DNA from: Octopus sinensis
Lineage: Eukaryota
DNA: 64,000 bases
Reading direction: 5' to 3'
Assembly (NCBI RefSeq): GCF_006345805.1
Contig: NC_042999.1
Span: forward strand, 20,398,001 to 20,462,000
A program made the position numbers and the translations under genes. Below the pieces are notes generated by a model, which worked only from the letters and a program-made list of their open reading frames with translations, did no database searches and had not been told where the DNA came from. Each line of letters starts with the position of its first letter. Position 1 is the first letter of the stretch. Of this stretch, positions 25,817 to 38,305 are shown piece by piece.

Positions 25817-25971
25817 CAGATTGGCAAAATAATCAGGCACGATGACGGTTTGGTTTAATCAAAGTTTCATGAGAATTTGTCTGAAATGCATTTGTGTGTT
25901 TTCGGCCGAATTCTCATATAACTTTGATTAAAGCTAATCGCCATCGTACCTGATTATTTTGCCATCCTGTA
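25817..25971. mobile_element. Foldback MITE, Tc1/mariner-like ends
   Basis: ~70 bp imperfect inverted arms CAGATTGGCAAAATAATCAGG... / ...CCTGATTATTTTGCCATCCTG followed by TA. Confidence 0.75.
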
Positions 25972-26224
25972 ATGTTATTATCATACTTATAAGGTATCTT
26001 CTTTAAAAGAACATCGAAGTAGATAGATTATCTGTATTCTAAGAACAGTCTCTCAAGTTAAATTATATTTCTCTCTGTCTAACCTGAGTTTGTAAAATCC
26101 TCTGTTTTGCCAACTTTTAGACAAGTGAGTTTAAATACGGATAGCTACCTCAGCAACTGGATTAGTAATTAATTGTAGATTTATACTTTCATATGAATTT
26201 AATTAAATAATGTTGTGGCGTTGC

Positions 26225-26495
26225 AGTGGCCCAGTGGTTAGGTTAGCAGACTCGCAGTCGGAGGATCGCGGTTTCGATTGTGTGTGTTTATTGAACGAAA
26301 ACACTTAAAAGCTCCACGATGCTCTGGCAGGGGGTGGTGGCGACTCCTGTTGTACTCTTTCGCTCCAGCTTTTTCTTCTTGTTTCTTGAGTAACGCTGCT
26401 ATGGACTGGCGTCCCGTCTAGCTGGGGGGAACACATGCGTCACAGAGACCGGGAAACCGGGCCCATGAGCCTGGCTAGGCTTGAAAAGGGTGAAT
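26225..26495 (+). mobile_element. SINE family C, alternative tail
   Basis: Family C head and body, then ATGGACTGGCGTCCCGTC...GGGAAACCGGGCCCATGAGCCTGGCTAGGC. Confidence 0.85.
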
Positions 26496-26549
26496 AAAAA
26501 AATAAATAATTCGTTATAGAGATTGTATGATCAGAAAGAGGCATACGGG

Positions 26550-27600
26550 TTTCAAATTTTGGCGCAAGGCCAGCAATTTAGGGGTAGGGGGTAAATCCAC
26601 TACATCGACCCCAGTACTCAACCGGTACTTATTTTATTGACCCCGAAAGGATTAAAGGCGAAGTCGATTCAACGGAATTTACACTGAGAACCTGAAGTCG
26701 GACGAAATACCACCACGCATTTTGTTCGGTTTGCTAACAATTCTGACAGCTCGCTACCTTATGGAAAGGAAACATCATTGTTCGTGCTCGTCCCTGGTTG
26801 TACAAGCTTTATTACAAAAGGCGACGTTCTACCCGTAAACCGTAAGTTTTTTTTTTATTTTGTAGTATATCTTTTCTACACAATGCACAGGGCCAGGAAT
26901 TTTTGGGGAAAGGGGCCAGTTGATGAGATCGATCCCAGTACGCAACTGGTACTTAATTTATCGACCCCGAAAGGATGACAGGCAAAGTCGACCTCGGCGG
27001 AATTTGAACTCAGAACGTAACGCCAGACGAAATACCTATGTTTTTACTACCCAGAAGGGGCTAAACACAGAGTGGACAAACAAGAACAGACAAATGGATT
27101 AAGTCGATTTCATCGATTCCAGTGCATAACTGGTACTTATTTAATCGACCTCGAAATGATGAAAGGCGGAATTTGAACTCAGAACATAGCGGCAGACGAA
27201 ATACCGCTAAGCATTTCGCCCGGCGTGCTAACCTTTCTGCCAGCTCGCCGCCTTTATTCTTTTCTATTCTAGGCACAAGACCAGAAATTTTTGGGGAGGG
27301 GGCCAGTCGATTAGATCGACCCCCAGTACGCAACTGGTACTCAATTTATCGACCCCAAAAGCATGAATTTGAACTCACAAAGTAGTGGAGACGAAATACC
27401 TATTTCGTTACTACTGACAAGGAGCTAAACAAAGAGAGGACATCGACCGCAGTGCGTAACTGGTTCTTAATTTATCGACCTCGAAAGGATGAAAGGCAAA
27501 GTCGACCTCGGCGGAATTTGAACTCAGAACGTAACAGCAGACGAAATACGGCTACGCATTTAGCCCGGCGTGCTAACGATTCTGCCAGCTCGCCGTCTTC
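26550..27600 (-). mobile_element. Cluster of about five family A SINE units, mostly tandem
   Basis: Repeated ACTGGTACTTAATTTATCGACCCCGAAAGGATGAAAGGCAAAGTCGACCTCGGCGGAATTTGAACTCAGAAC blocks. Confidence 0.9.
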
Positions 27601-28114
27601 TGTTGTATATCTATGACCTCATTGGCTGTTTCATTTCTATTTTAACACTCTATCCTTAAGATCCTTTAAAATGTTTTAGCCCGAAGGTCGCGGCCATGCT
27701 GGGACACCACCGCTGATAACTCTATGGAGTCATTTAAGAAAGATCAATCCGATAACTATAGCACATAATTTGTTTCTCAGTAACACTATAATCTGAAAAG
27801 TAAGTACAATGAATGAATTCATCACCCATTTATATGTGTAGATTGAACTATGGAAAATATTTTAGAAAGAAACCTAGATATTTCTTGCAATAAATACAAC
27901 TATAGTAACATTCTTTCGTGGACCCTTAAAATAAAACTGCGAGTCCAATTTACTATTTTGGTTATGTGGATCTACCAATACCTTATGTGGACCCAGATCG
28001 AGAACCGCTGCTTTAGAGAGTTGTCTAATTCTTTATACTGGGATTAACTAATAAGAAATGGAGCAAATGGTGCGAGAACATCATTTTAGGAACGTTGTCC
28101 GTGCATCTTTAGAC

Positions 28115-28480
28115 ACTGTCGTCGTCGTGGTACTCCGTCGGTTACAACGACGAGGGTTCCAGTTGATCGATCAACAGAACAACTTGATCGTGAAATTAAC
28201 GTGCAAGTGGCTGAGTACTACATTTAACGTAGTTCTTGGGGGAGATTCAGCATGACACAGAGTGTGACCTGTGAAATACGGGTACAACAGAAACAGGAGG
28301 AAAGAGTGAGAGAAAATTGTGCTAAAAGAATACAGCAGGGTTCGCCACCATCCGCTGCTGGATCTTCATGGAGCTCTAGCTGTATTCGCTCAAAAACCCC
28401 TCACAATGCTGGGTCTGGGAATCGAGACCGCGATCCTATCACCGCGAGTCTGCTGCCCTAACCACTGGGCTATTGCGCCT
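28115..28480 (-). mobile_element. SINE family C
   Basis: Ends GCTGCCCTAACCACTGGGCTATTGCGCCTC, the reverse complement of the head. Confidence 0.9.
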
Positions 28481-28785
28481 CTACAGTCACCGGTCACTAA
28501 ATCAGTGAACCTGAAAGCTGTAATTCGAGATGCTAACTTCCAGAAAGTGTGATATAAAATCGAAAGAAATAAAGAAAAGCTAATAATATCGACCGAACTG
28601 GAATGAAAGAAATGTGTAGAAATAGCTTTGTTGAAGAATTTTTCCAGTTGTGATATATTTAACATGTTATAAATACTGCAGTGACTTAACTTTGACGCGA
28701 TCGCGTTTCACCATGGTTTGCTTCGCGAGTAAGCTGGTACTCTTTGACAAGAATCAATAACCTGCTGTCGTAATGGCTGACGTAC

Positions 28786-28839
28786 CTGATGAACCAGTTG
28801 TTCATTCCGCTCGGTTTTGAGAAAGTCTTGGAAACGCCA
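28786..28839 (-). CDS. Candidate 54-nt exon WRFQDFLKTERNEQLVHQ
   Basis: Acceptor tttctgtgtttttaag|TGG, donor CAG|gtacgt; GC-richer than flanks; open in phase 0. Confidence 0.5.
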
Positions 28840-29553
28840 CTTAAAAACACAGAAATTGAGTTATACTTATATACATACACATTCACATAGCCGCATAAAT
28901 ATAAACATACATACGTATATATGTGTGTTTATTTCATATATATAGCACAATCTTTTCTCTATATTTCCTAATTTGTCTCACTTCTGTAACTCCTAATGTG
29001 TGATCCAACTCATATACAAGTCCTTTGTCAAAACTGAGTTTTGCTAACTTCAAGTGATGAAACACTGATACTTATTTACCCAGCATGCTTTATCCATTTA
29101 TGTTAGTTCGCCAACAACAATTAATTCTGAACCAATTATTAATTGGTTAGACATACACCAATTCAAACTGCATTCATTTTAACTAAATACAATCTTTGAG
29201 ACATTGTATGACTTCCAAAGAATTTTGTCAGATTATGTTTCAAATGTAATAAATAATTCAGCATTTGCCAGAAGCGATGAAATTATTGAAATAAATTTCA
29301 ATGCACAAATAATATTTAACCCGGCAAGCAAAGCGGGGTGCAACGAGATCGCGTGGCACTTAAGCCGCTGTAATATTTATAACACTTTAAAGCTGAAGCA
29401 AGTCGTGAAATGTCGAAATATGTCCCTCTTGTAATTGATTTTGAAATTTGTTAAACGTTTATAGTCATTGGGATTTGAGGATCTAAATAAATGAACGATA
29501 GTAGAGAACCAAATGTTGTTGTAGATGCCAATAATTTAATTAAACTGGAATTC

Positions 29554-29750
29554 TATTGAGTTAAGTCAAAAGTTTTACAATATTCTGGTAATTTATTTGA
29601 TTTATTCGTCAAGTTACAACAAAAGGCAGCTTAGCGTTCAAAGTAGAGGCCATGATGTTGCTGATTTTGAAACCCCCTTTCTCCTGTTATTTGATCCCTC
29701 TCTGTTACCAGTTCCTGTTCTTCGAGGCGAAGAATTCCTTCACTGAAGTT
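29554..29750 (-). mobile_element. Mariner 3' end relic with TIR
   Basis: Minus strand SVKEFFASKNRNW*QRGIK...HGLYFE; the 3' flank matches 30880-30950 in inverted orientation. Confidence 0.8.
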
Positions 29751-29756
29751 TCCCCC

Positions 29757-29968
29757 TTTGAAATACAGGTACAACAGAAACAGGAGGAAAGAGTGAGAGA
29801 AGGTTGTGGCGAAAGAATATAGCAGGTTTCGTCACCATCCCCTGCTGGAGCTTCGTGGAGCTTTAGATGTTTTCGCTCAATAATCACTCACAACGCCGGG
29901 TCTTGAAATGGAAGCCGCGATCCTATCAGCGCAAGTCCACTGCCCTAACCACTTGGTCATTGCGCCTC
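29757..29968 (-). mobile_element. SINE family C, 5' part
   Basis: Matches 28265-28480. Confidence 0.85.
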
Positions 29969-30059
29969 CGCAGTCACCGGTCATTAAATCAGTGAACCTG
30001 GAAGGTGTAATCAAGATGCTAACTTCCAGAAAGTTAGTGAACGATAGGAGCCATGGATC

Positions 30060-30954
30060 TGAAAGAGGTAATAATCAGAAAAAGATATTTTCCCACATAA
30101 GCAGTAGTTATGCAAGGGACATCCTCCGGACTCTGACGCCAAACATAAGAGTTTCGACCACAAGGTGATGCTCTGCGTCTAACAGAATTACGAAGGTATA
30201 ATTAACTCCAAGTTCGTTCCGAACGGTCGAACCATCGATGCCCACCTGTTCTCCGACGTTTATTCATTGCTCTCCCTTTTACTCTTTTACTTGTTTCAGT
30301 CATTTGACTGCGGCCATGCTGGAGCACCGCCTTTAGTCGAGCAAATTGACATGGACTTATTCTTTGTAAATCTAGTACTTATTCTATCAGTCTCTTTTAC
30401 CGAACTGCTAAGTTACAGGGACGTAAACATACCAGCGTCAGTTGTCAAGCGATGTTGGGGGGACAAACACAGACACACAAACACACACACATACATACAT
30501 ATACATATATAAGACGGGCTTCTTTCAGTTTCTGTCTGCCATCTTGGGAGACAAACACAGACTCAAACACACACATATACATACATATACATATATACGA
30601 CGGGCTTCTTTCAGTTTCTGTCCACCAAATCCACTCACAAGGCTTTGGTGTGCCCGAGGCTATAGTAGAAGACACTTGCCCAAGGTGCCACGTAGTAGGA
30701 GTGAACCCTGAACCATGTGGTTGGTAAGCAAGCTACTTACCACACAGCCACTCCTGCGCCTTCAGTGAAGGAGTTTTTCACCTCGAAGGATAGGAACTGG
30801 TATTATCGTGGGATCAGAGGACTGGCAGAAAGGTGGTTTCAGACAGTGCATCATAATAGCCTCTGCTTCAAATGCTAGGATGCTTTCGTTGAAACTTGAC
30901 AAATAAAGCAAATAACTTAACAAATTTTGGCAAACCTTTTTACACACCGCAATA
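30060..30954 (+). pseudogene. Mariner transposase relic interrupted by a family B SINE (30272-30760, minus)
   Basis: FDHKVMLCV*QNYEGII..FVPNGRTIDAHLF before the SINE; EFFTSKDRNWYYRGIRGLAERWFQTVHHNSLCF after it; TIR-like end ...CACACCGCAATA. Confidence 0.8.
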
Positions 30955-31344
30955 ATTAGTTAATTAAATAAAATTCTTTGTTACATTTTATATTTACTGC
31001 ATTACACCTACATTCTTAAGGCCGGTGTGATATCACGAAAACTATAAAAGATTTCTTCTCATATATCCTTAGATATACAGTACTTATTCCGAAAGTAGCA
31101 AATCATTGTATATATGTACCCGGTAACAAATTATAAATCAACTTTTTGAACTTGAAGGATGAGATCGATACTATGGTATGATTAAACAAAGTAACTGGAA
31201 TAGTAATATTGACAAAATTGCAATGATATTCCTTTAAAAGTCAGAAACAATAGAAACTGCAATTAGCTCTAAAAAATCACGTGTCTTTTTCCTTCTTTCA
31301 TGATACAATACAATTAATATTACTGCGCTGTAATATAATGTATA

Positions 31345-31517
31345 CTCTTTACTTGTTTCAGTTATTTGACTGTAGCCATGCTAGAGCACCGCATTTAATC
31401 GAACAAATCGACCCTAGGACTTATTCTTTGTAAGCCTAGTACTTCTTTCTGTCTCTTTTGCCGAACTCTTAAGTTACAGGGACGTAAACACACCACCATC
31501 GGTTGTAATGCGATATT

Positions 31518-31554
<37 letters not shown>

Positions 31555-31571
31555 TATGCACACAAACATGC

Positions 31572-31640
<69 letters not shown>

Positions 31641-31805
31641 TACGATGGGCTTCTTTCAGTTTCGGTCTACCAAATCCACTCACGAGGCTTTGGTCGGCCT
31701 GAGGCTATAGTAGAAGACACTTCTCCCATGTGCCACGCAGTGGGGATGAATCCGAAACTATGTGGTTAGTAAGCAAGGTACTTACCACACAGCCACTCCT
31801 ACGCC
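31345..31805 (-). mobile_element. SINE family B
   Basis: Full reverse-complement copy with internal (CA)n(TA)n. Confidence 0.92.
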
Positions 31806-32379
31806 TACGTGTTACTACAATTATTTAGTTTAAGGTATGCGCAAAATTTTTCCTCTCTGAATCCTTGGCTTCTGTGACTGCAATGATCAACTTATCTCTT
31901 GACCACTTGCACTCCTCTACATCAATAAGATACTGAGTAGTTTGTTATTCTGAATTTTCTGCCTCAGTTGGTCAAAGTGACCGCTTCATTGATCCTCCAA
32001 ATACGTTTGCTTATATCGCCTTTCAAAACAAAATGTATGAAACGATCAACATTTTTGTCTCCTTTGAATTATCTGAGCCGCTTATATCAAAGAAAACTCA
32101 CATGAAATACAGTGAACATACAGTAATGTTTACTTCCACCAGCATTGGCCACAGCATATTTTGATTTTGATTCAGTCATCTCCATGAATCCTCTAGTTTA
32201 ATTTTAAGGATAGTAATTCCAGGAACGTCTATGAGTATTTCTTGGGCCAAGTAAACGTCCACGTTCTACGTTCGGATGCATTGTAGGAAAGTGTTAATAT
32301 ATTTGGTGTTATTTATCAAGAACCTATCTAAATATTTATAATTTTGTATTCTGATCCCATCACTTAACCAATCTCTATA

Positions 32380-32607
32380 CTCTCTCTTTTACTATTTTAC
32401 TTGTTTCAGTCATTTGACAATAGCCATGCTGGAGCACCGCCTTTAGTCGAGCAAATCGACCCCAGGAGTTATTCTTCATAAGCCTAGTACTTATTCTATC
32501 GGTCTTATTTGCCGAACCGCTGGGTTACGGAGGACATAATCACGCCAGCATCGGTTGTCAAGCGATGTTGGAGGGGAAGCAAACACAGACACACAGACAT
32601 ATACAAT

Positions 32608-32638
<31 letters not shown>

Positions 32639-32640
32639 AC

Positions 32641-32711
<71 letters not shown>

Positions 32712-32995
32712 TATATCAAATTAGAGACATAACCACTATTATGCAAATCAAACAAAGAAAGACTTAAGCCAATACATAAAATAATTATATAAATTAAATT
32801 TAACATTTGTGGTTATTCATATGTTAAATTTTAATTTATATAAATTATTTTATGTATTGGCTTAAGTCTTTCTTTGTTGATTTGCATAATAGTGGTTTTG
32901 TCTCTAATTTGATATAATATAATATTTTACTATAAACTTGGATTCAATCTTAAATCTGATTTTTCCTTGTAAATTTGGATTTATTCCCTAATATT

Positions 32996-33037
<42 letters not shown>

Positions 33038-33175
33038 CCAGCTTCTTTCAGTTTCCATCTACCAAATCCACTCTCAAGGCTTTGGTCGGCCTGAGGCTAT
33101 AGTAGAAGACACATGCCCAAGGTTCCACGCAGTGGGAATGAACCCGGAATCATGTGGTTTAGTAAGCAAGCTACT
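32380..33175 (-). mobile_element. SINE family B with a ~290 bp insertion in its internal microsatellite
   Basis: 3' half 32380-32600, 5' half 33040-33175; palindromic insert between. Confidence 0.88.
32707..32921. repeat. Near-perfect long palindrome (~100 bp arms, ~14 nt loop)
   Basis: TTATATCAAATTAGAGAC...AAAGACTTAAGCCAATACATAAAATAATT / AATTATTTTATGTATTGGCTTAAGTCTTT...GTCTCTAATTTGATATAA. Confidence 0.95.
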
Positions 33176-33329
33176 GAATAAAATGAAAATGAAAATATAC
33201 AATAATTTGCGATGTTTACCTAAAAGGAAAACTATGATTGTTATTACATTTTAGCTCTTAGTTGTCGCAATGTAGGGGTTTCTAACACCCTAATCTTATA
33301 AATATATATACGTATACATATAAACATAC

Positions 33330-33655
33330 TTATTTCCTTATTGGCCTTAGGGGGCTAAAAATAGAGGCGACAAACAAGAACAGTCAAAGGGATAAAGTCG
33401 ATCACATCGACCGCAGTGCATAACTGGTACTTAATTTATCGACTCAGAAAGGATGAAAGGCAAAGTCGACCTCGGCGGAATTTGAACTCAGAGCATAACT
33501 GCAGATGAAATACCTATTTTTTACTACCCGCAAGGGGCTAAACACAGTGGGGACAAACAAGGACAGACAGATGGATTAAGTCGATTATATCGACCCCAGT
33601 GCGTAACTGGTCCTTAATTTATCGACACCGAAAGGATGAAAGGCAAAGTCGACAT
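33330..33655 (-). mobile_element. SINE family A tandem units
   Basis: Two core blocks. Confidence 0.88.
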
Positions 33656-33679
33656 CAGCGGATTCTGAGGTAAGTAGCT

Positions 33680-34060
33680 AGGCACAGGAGTGGCTGTGTG
33701 GTAAGTAACTTGCTTACTAACCACATGGTTCCGGGTTTATTCTCACAGCATGGCACCTTCGGGCCGACCAAAGCCTTGTGAGTGGATATGGTAGACGGAA
33801 ATTGAAAGATACCGTCGCACATATATATGTATAGATATATATCTGTATGTGTATGTTTGTGTGTCTGTGTTTGTCCCCACACCATCGCCTGACAACCGAT
33901 GTTGGTGTGTTCACCTCCCCGTAACTTAGCGGTTAGGCAAAAGAGATCGATAGAATAAGTACTAGGTTTACAAATAATAAGTCCTAGGGTCGATTTGTTC
34001 GACTAAAGGCGATGCTCTAGCTTGGCCGCAGTCAAATGGCTGAAACAAATAAAAGAATAA
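33680..34060 (+). mobile_element. SINE family B
   Basis: Head, internal microsatellite and tail present; short internal deletion. Confidence 0.9.
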
Positions 34061-35136
34061 TAAAATAATAAAATGCATATAGGACATTAAGGACAGCAAT
34101 TTAACTTTCAAGCTGGAATGGTCCATATTGTCTGTATCCTTTCCGTTTGATAAGGGCAGAACATTTTGCGTCGTCTGTAATTCCGAACTTTTCCATATAT
34201 TGTTCACCAAATTCCCTTTAATAAATACAATGGTTGAAAAATCCTATAGGTGCATGCACTGGCAGAAACATACCTTTCACTCATATGAATGATGATTAAT
34301 ATAGATAACCTCCTTGAATGTTAATAATATGGTTCCATTTATACATCACCCCCATAGACAAATTTTTATACTCATAAAGGACTACTACCAAATTCGTTGA
34401 GGTATGTTTTACCTTTGTCTCTCTACCTCGCCCTCCTCTCTCTCTCTCTCCCTCTCTCTATCGTAAGCACAATCAAACACACAGACACAAACCTGTGACT
34501 TCACCACCGTTTGTTTTCGGCATCTACCCAACCACACACACAATCACGCACACACATACACACACATAGACACGAATGCAGTTATATACATACACACACA
34601 CAGGCACTCAATCACAAAAGCAAACAACACATCACCATTCATATGACTTGTACCCTATCACCTTCCTATTCTTTAGATCTCTCCCCTCCAATCTTGTTTG
34701 AACCCTTGAACTTTCGAGAATCTTCTACATTCAACCATTTTGACGTCACTGCTTATAACAGAATATTTTAGAGAAACACGCATTATCGCTATGGACTCCA
34801 TGTGGGCAGTCATCTAAGAATTTTTGTTCATCTTGATGCTGACATAAGTTCCTTGTTTTTTCTTGATGAGAAGGCGGCATAATGCACCCCTTATTCCTTC
34901 GAAATTAGGAATATGCAGCCTTCGAAACAGATGTCAAGAATAAAGAAATTTTGTTAAATCGTCGTTCAACTCCATTCTTTCATTTATTTGTATTAAAAAA
35001 AACACACAAATTTCCACACGAAAGCACGTGATCTCTGCCCCTGGCATGTAGCTTCAACCGTGTTTTTCTGACATGAATTTGCTACCCAGGTATCGGTTAA
35101 CCGAATTATCCATACTAAGATCATTCATTCACTACT

Positions 35137-35205
<69 letters not shown>

Positions 35206-35219
35206 GTATTAGTTTAAGG

Positions 35220-35525
35220 ATTTTAATCGAACAGATCGACCCCAAAACTTATTTTTGAAGCCTAGCACTTATTCTGTCGGTTTCTTTTGCCGATCCGCTA
35301 GATTACGGGATCGTAAACACACTAACACCGGTTGTCAAGCGGTGATAGAGGAACAATTGCAGACACATAGACACACATGCAAAAATATATGCACACATAT
35401 AACAAATCCACTCGCAAAACTTTGGTCGGCCTGAGGCTATAATAGAAGACACTTGCCCAGGGTGCCATGCAGTGGAACTGAACCTGAAACCATGTGGTCA
35501 GGAAGCAAGCTTCTTACCACACAAC
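35220..35525 (-). mobile_element. SINE family B, partly deleted
   Basis: Family B motifs in reverse orientation. Confidence 0.85.
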
Positions 35526-35837
35526 CCCCACACACACACATAGATATGTATGCATGCTGAGATGCGCACACTCACAATGGTATATTATACCTTGGTTACT
35601 GCGTAGACTGAAGTCGCCCTTAACTCATCACTTGTATGTTATCGTAGTTATTTAATCAAAGTCTGCTAATCTTGGCGGTCAAAGATATTAAATCGCCTAA
35701 GGCTAAATGTTATCGCAGTTATGCGGTTTACAGCAGAAGCAGACACAATTGTTTCTGACTTCAGCTTTGTTAGATACATATGTATAAAAAGTGTGTTATT
35801 TAGACACACGCATTAGAATCTACTTGTATTTATCTCA

Positions 35838-36215
35838 AGGAGGTGCAATGGCCCAGTGGTTAGGGCAGCGGACTCGCAGTCGTAAGATCGCGATTTCGAT
35901 TCCCAGACCGGGCGTTGTGAGTGTTTATTTAGCGAAAACACCTAAAGCTCCACGAGGCTCCGGCAGGGGATGGTGGTGATCCCTGCTGTACTCTTTCACC
36001 ACAACTTTCTCTCACTCTTACTTCCTGTTTCTGTTGTACCTGTATTTCAAAGGGCCGGCCATGTCACACTCTGTGTCACGCTGAATATCCCCGAGAACTA
36101 TGTTATGGGTACACGTGTCTGTGGAGTGCTCAGCCACTTACACGTTAGTTTCACGAGCAGGCTGTTCCGTTGATCGGATCAACCGGAACCCTCGTCGTCG
36201 TAACCGACGGAGTGC
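35838..36215 (+). mobile_element. SINE family C, full length
   Basis: GGAGGTGCAATGGCCCAGTGGTTAGGGCAGCGGACTCGC head through CGTAACCGACGGAGTGC tail. Confidence 0.92.
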
Positions 36216-36880
36216 TTCCATGCATTTATCTCAAATCGTGTTACATGAATATGTTAAGTTCAGCACAAACAGCAACAACACAATATCATAATACTTCTTC
36301 CCTTCACACTTTTTTTCTAAACAATCGTCTCCACATCTTCTTCATCATCGTGATTGCCATGATCGTAATCATTGTTATCAGCTTTCCATCCTCGTCAGCA
36401 TATCGATGACATCAAAATCATGAACATCTTCATAAGCATACACATTATCGTCACCTGGATATGATTTACCATATCATCATTAAATTAGCAACATCCTCTC
36501 CATCCTTCTCATAGACATCATTTACATACCTTCATCTCCTCAATATTTCTTCATCATCATAGTGCAGTCATCGTACCCAGAATCATCACCATCATCATCA
36601 TACACATCATCATCATCGTCGTCGTCGTCGTCGTCAGTACAGTGTTATCCAGACTTCCTTCGAAACCTAATTATATTGAAATTAATTTAAACTCACCTTA
36701 TTTGATAAAATTCAAGTCAGATGAAATGTGATTATTAACTTCAGTTCTAGTAGATGGTACGTTTGGTTATATGATTAGTCACTTAGTTAGCTGGTTACTT
36801 AATTAGTTTCATTCTATTTTATTATTTCTGTTTTCTTTCTTCTCTCTTCATTCTCTCTCTTCCTTTCTCACTCTCCTTTT

Positions 36881-37159
36881 GTATATATATATATATTATA
36901 CATATATATATACATATCTATATACATATATATATATACATATATATATATATGTATATATATGTATATGTGTTATATATGTATATATATATATACATAT
37001 ATATTTGTATATATATATATATATGTGCTAAATATATATGTATTTATATGTGTGTATATATATATATGTATATGTATATATGTATATGTATATATATATA
37101 TGTATATATATATATATCTATATGCATATATATTATACATATATATATATATATATCTG

Positions 37160-37193
<34 letters not shown>

Positions 37194-37282
37194 TATATTT
37201 TATACATATATAATATACATATATACATATATATATATTAAATATATCTATATATATATAACATATATATATATACATATAT

Positions 37283-37320
<38 letters not shown>

Positions 37321-37383
37321 ATATATACATATATATATATATATATATAACATATATATATATATTATATATACATATATATA

Positions 37384-37459
<76 letters not shown>

Positions 37460-37589
37460 CTATATACTATATATATATACATATATATATATATCATATA
37501 TATATATACATATATATATATACATATATATATACATATATATATATACATATATATAACATATATATATATCATATATATATATATAC

Positions 37590-37624
<35 letters not shown>

Positions 37625-37807
37625 CATATATAATATAATATATATACATATATATATATATATACACATATATATATACATATAATATACATATATATAT
37701 ATATATACATATTATATATACATATATATATACATATATATATATATACATATATATCAATCTATATATATATACGTATATATATATATATACATATATA
37801 TATATAC

Positions 37808-37840
<33 letters not shown>

Positions 37841-38061
37841 CATATATATAATTACCTATATATATATATATACATATATATATATACATATAATATATAT
37901 CATATATATATATATATACATCTATATATTAATACATATATATACATATATACATATATATATATATACATACATATATATATATATATATACATACATA
38001 TACATACATATATATATATATATATACATACATATACATACATATATATATATACATACAT

Positions 38062-38121
<60 letters not shown>

Positions 38122-38127
38122 ATATAT

Positions 38128-38165
<38 letters not shown>

Positions 38166-38167
38166 TC

Positions 38168-38210
<43 letters not shown>

Positions 38211-38242
38211 CTACATATATATATACTATACATATATATATA

Positions 38243-38283
<41 letters not shown>

Positions 38284-38305
38284 ATATATATATATATATA
38301 TATAT
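36881..38305. repeat. ~1.4 kb imperfect (TA)n array with interspersed C/G
   Basis: Direct reading. Confidence 0.95.

Noticed and set aside
28786-28836. Plus-strand CTGATGA...GAAAC as a hammerhead
   Set aside because: Stem II does not close next to GAAA and stems I and III are absent.
31860-32290. Possible Tigger/pogo DDE remnant (ANAGGSK)
   Set aside because: Only a single weak motif.
34095-34215. Candidate linking exon on the minus strand
   Set aside because: Weak acceptor and donor; reading frame ambiguous.
36697-36750. Strong minus-strand donor AAG|gtgagt
   Set aside because: All three frames from the nearest acceptor contain stops.
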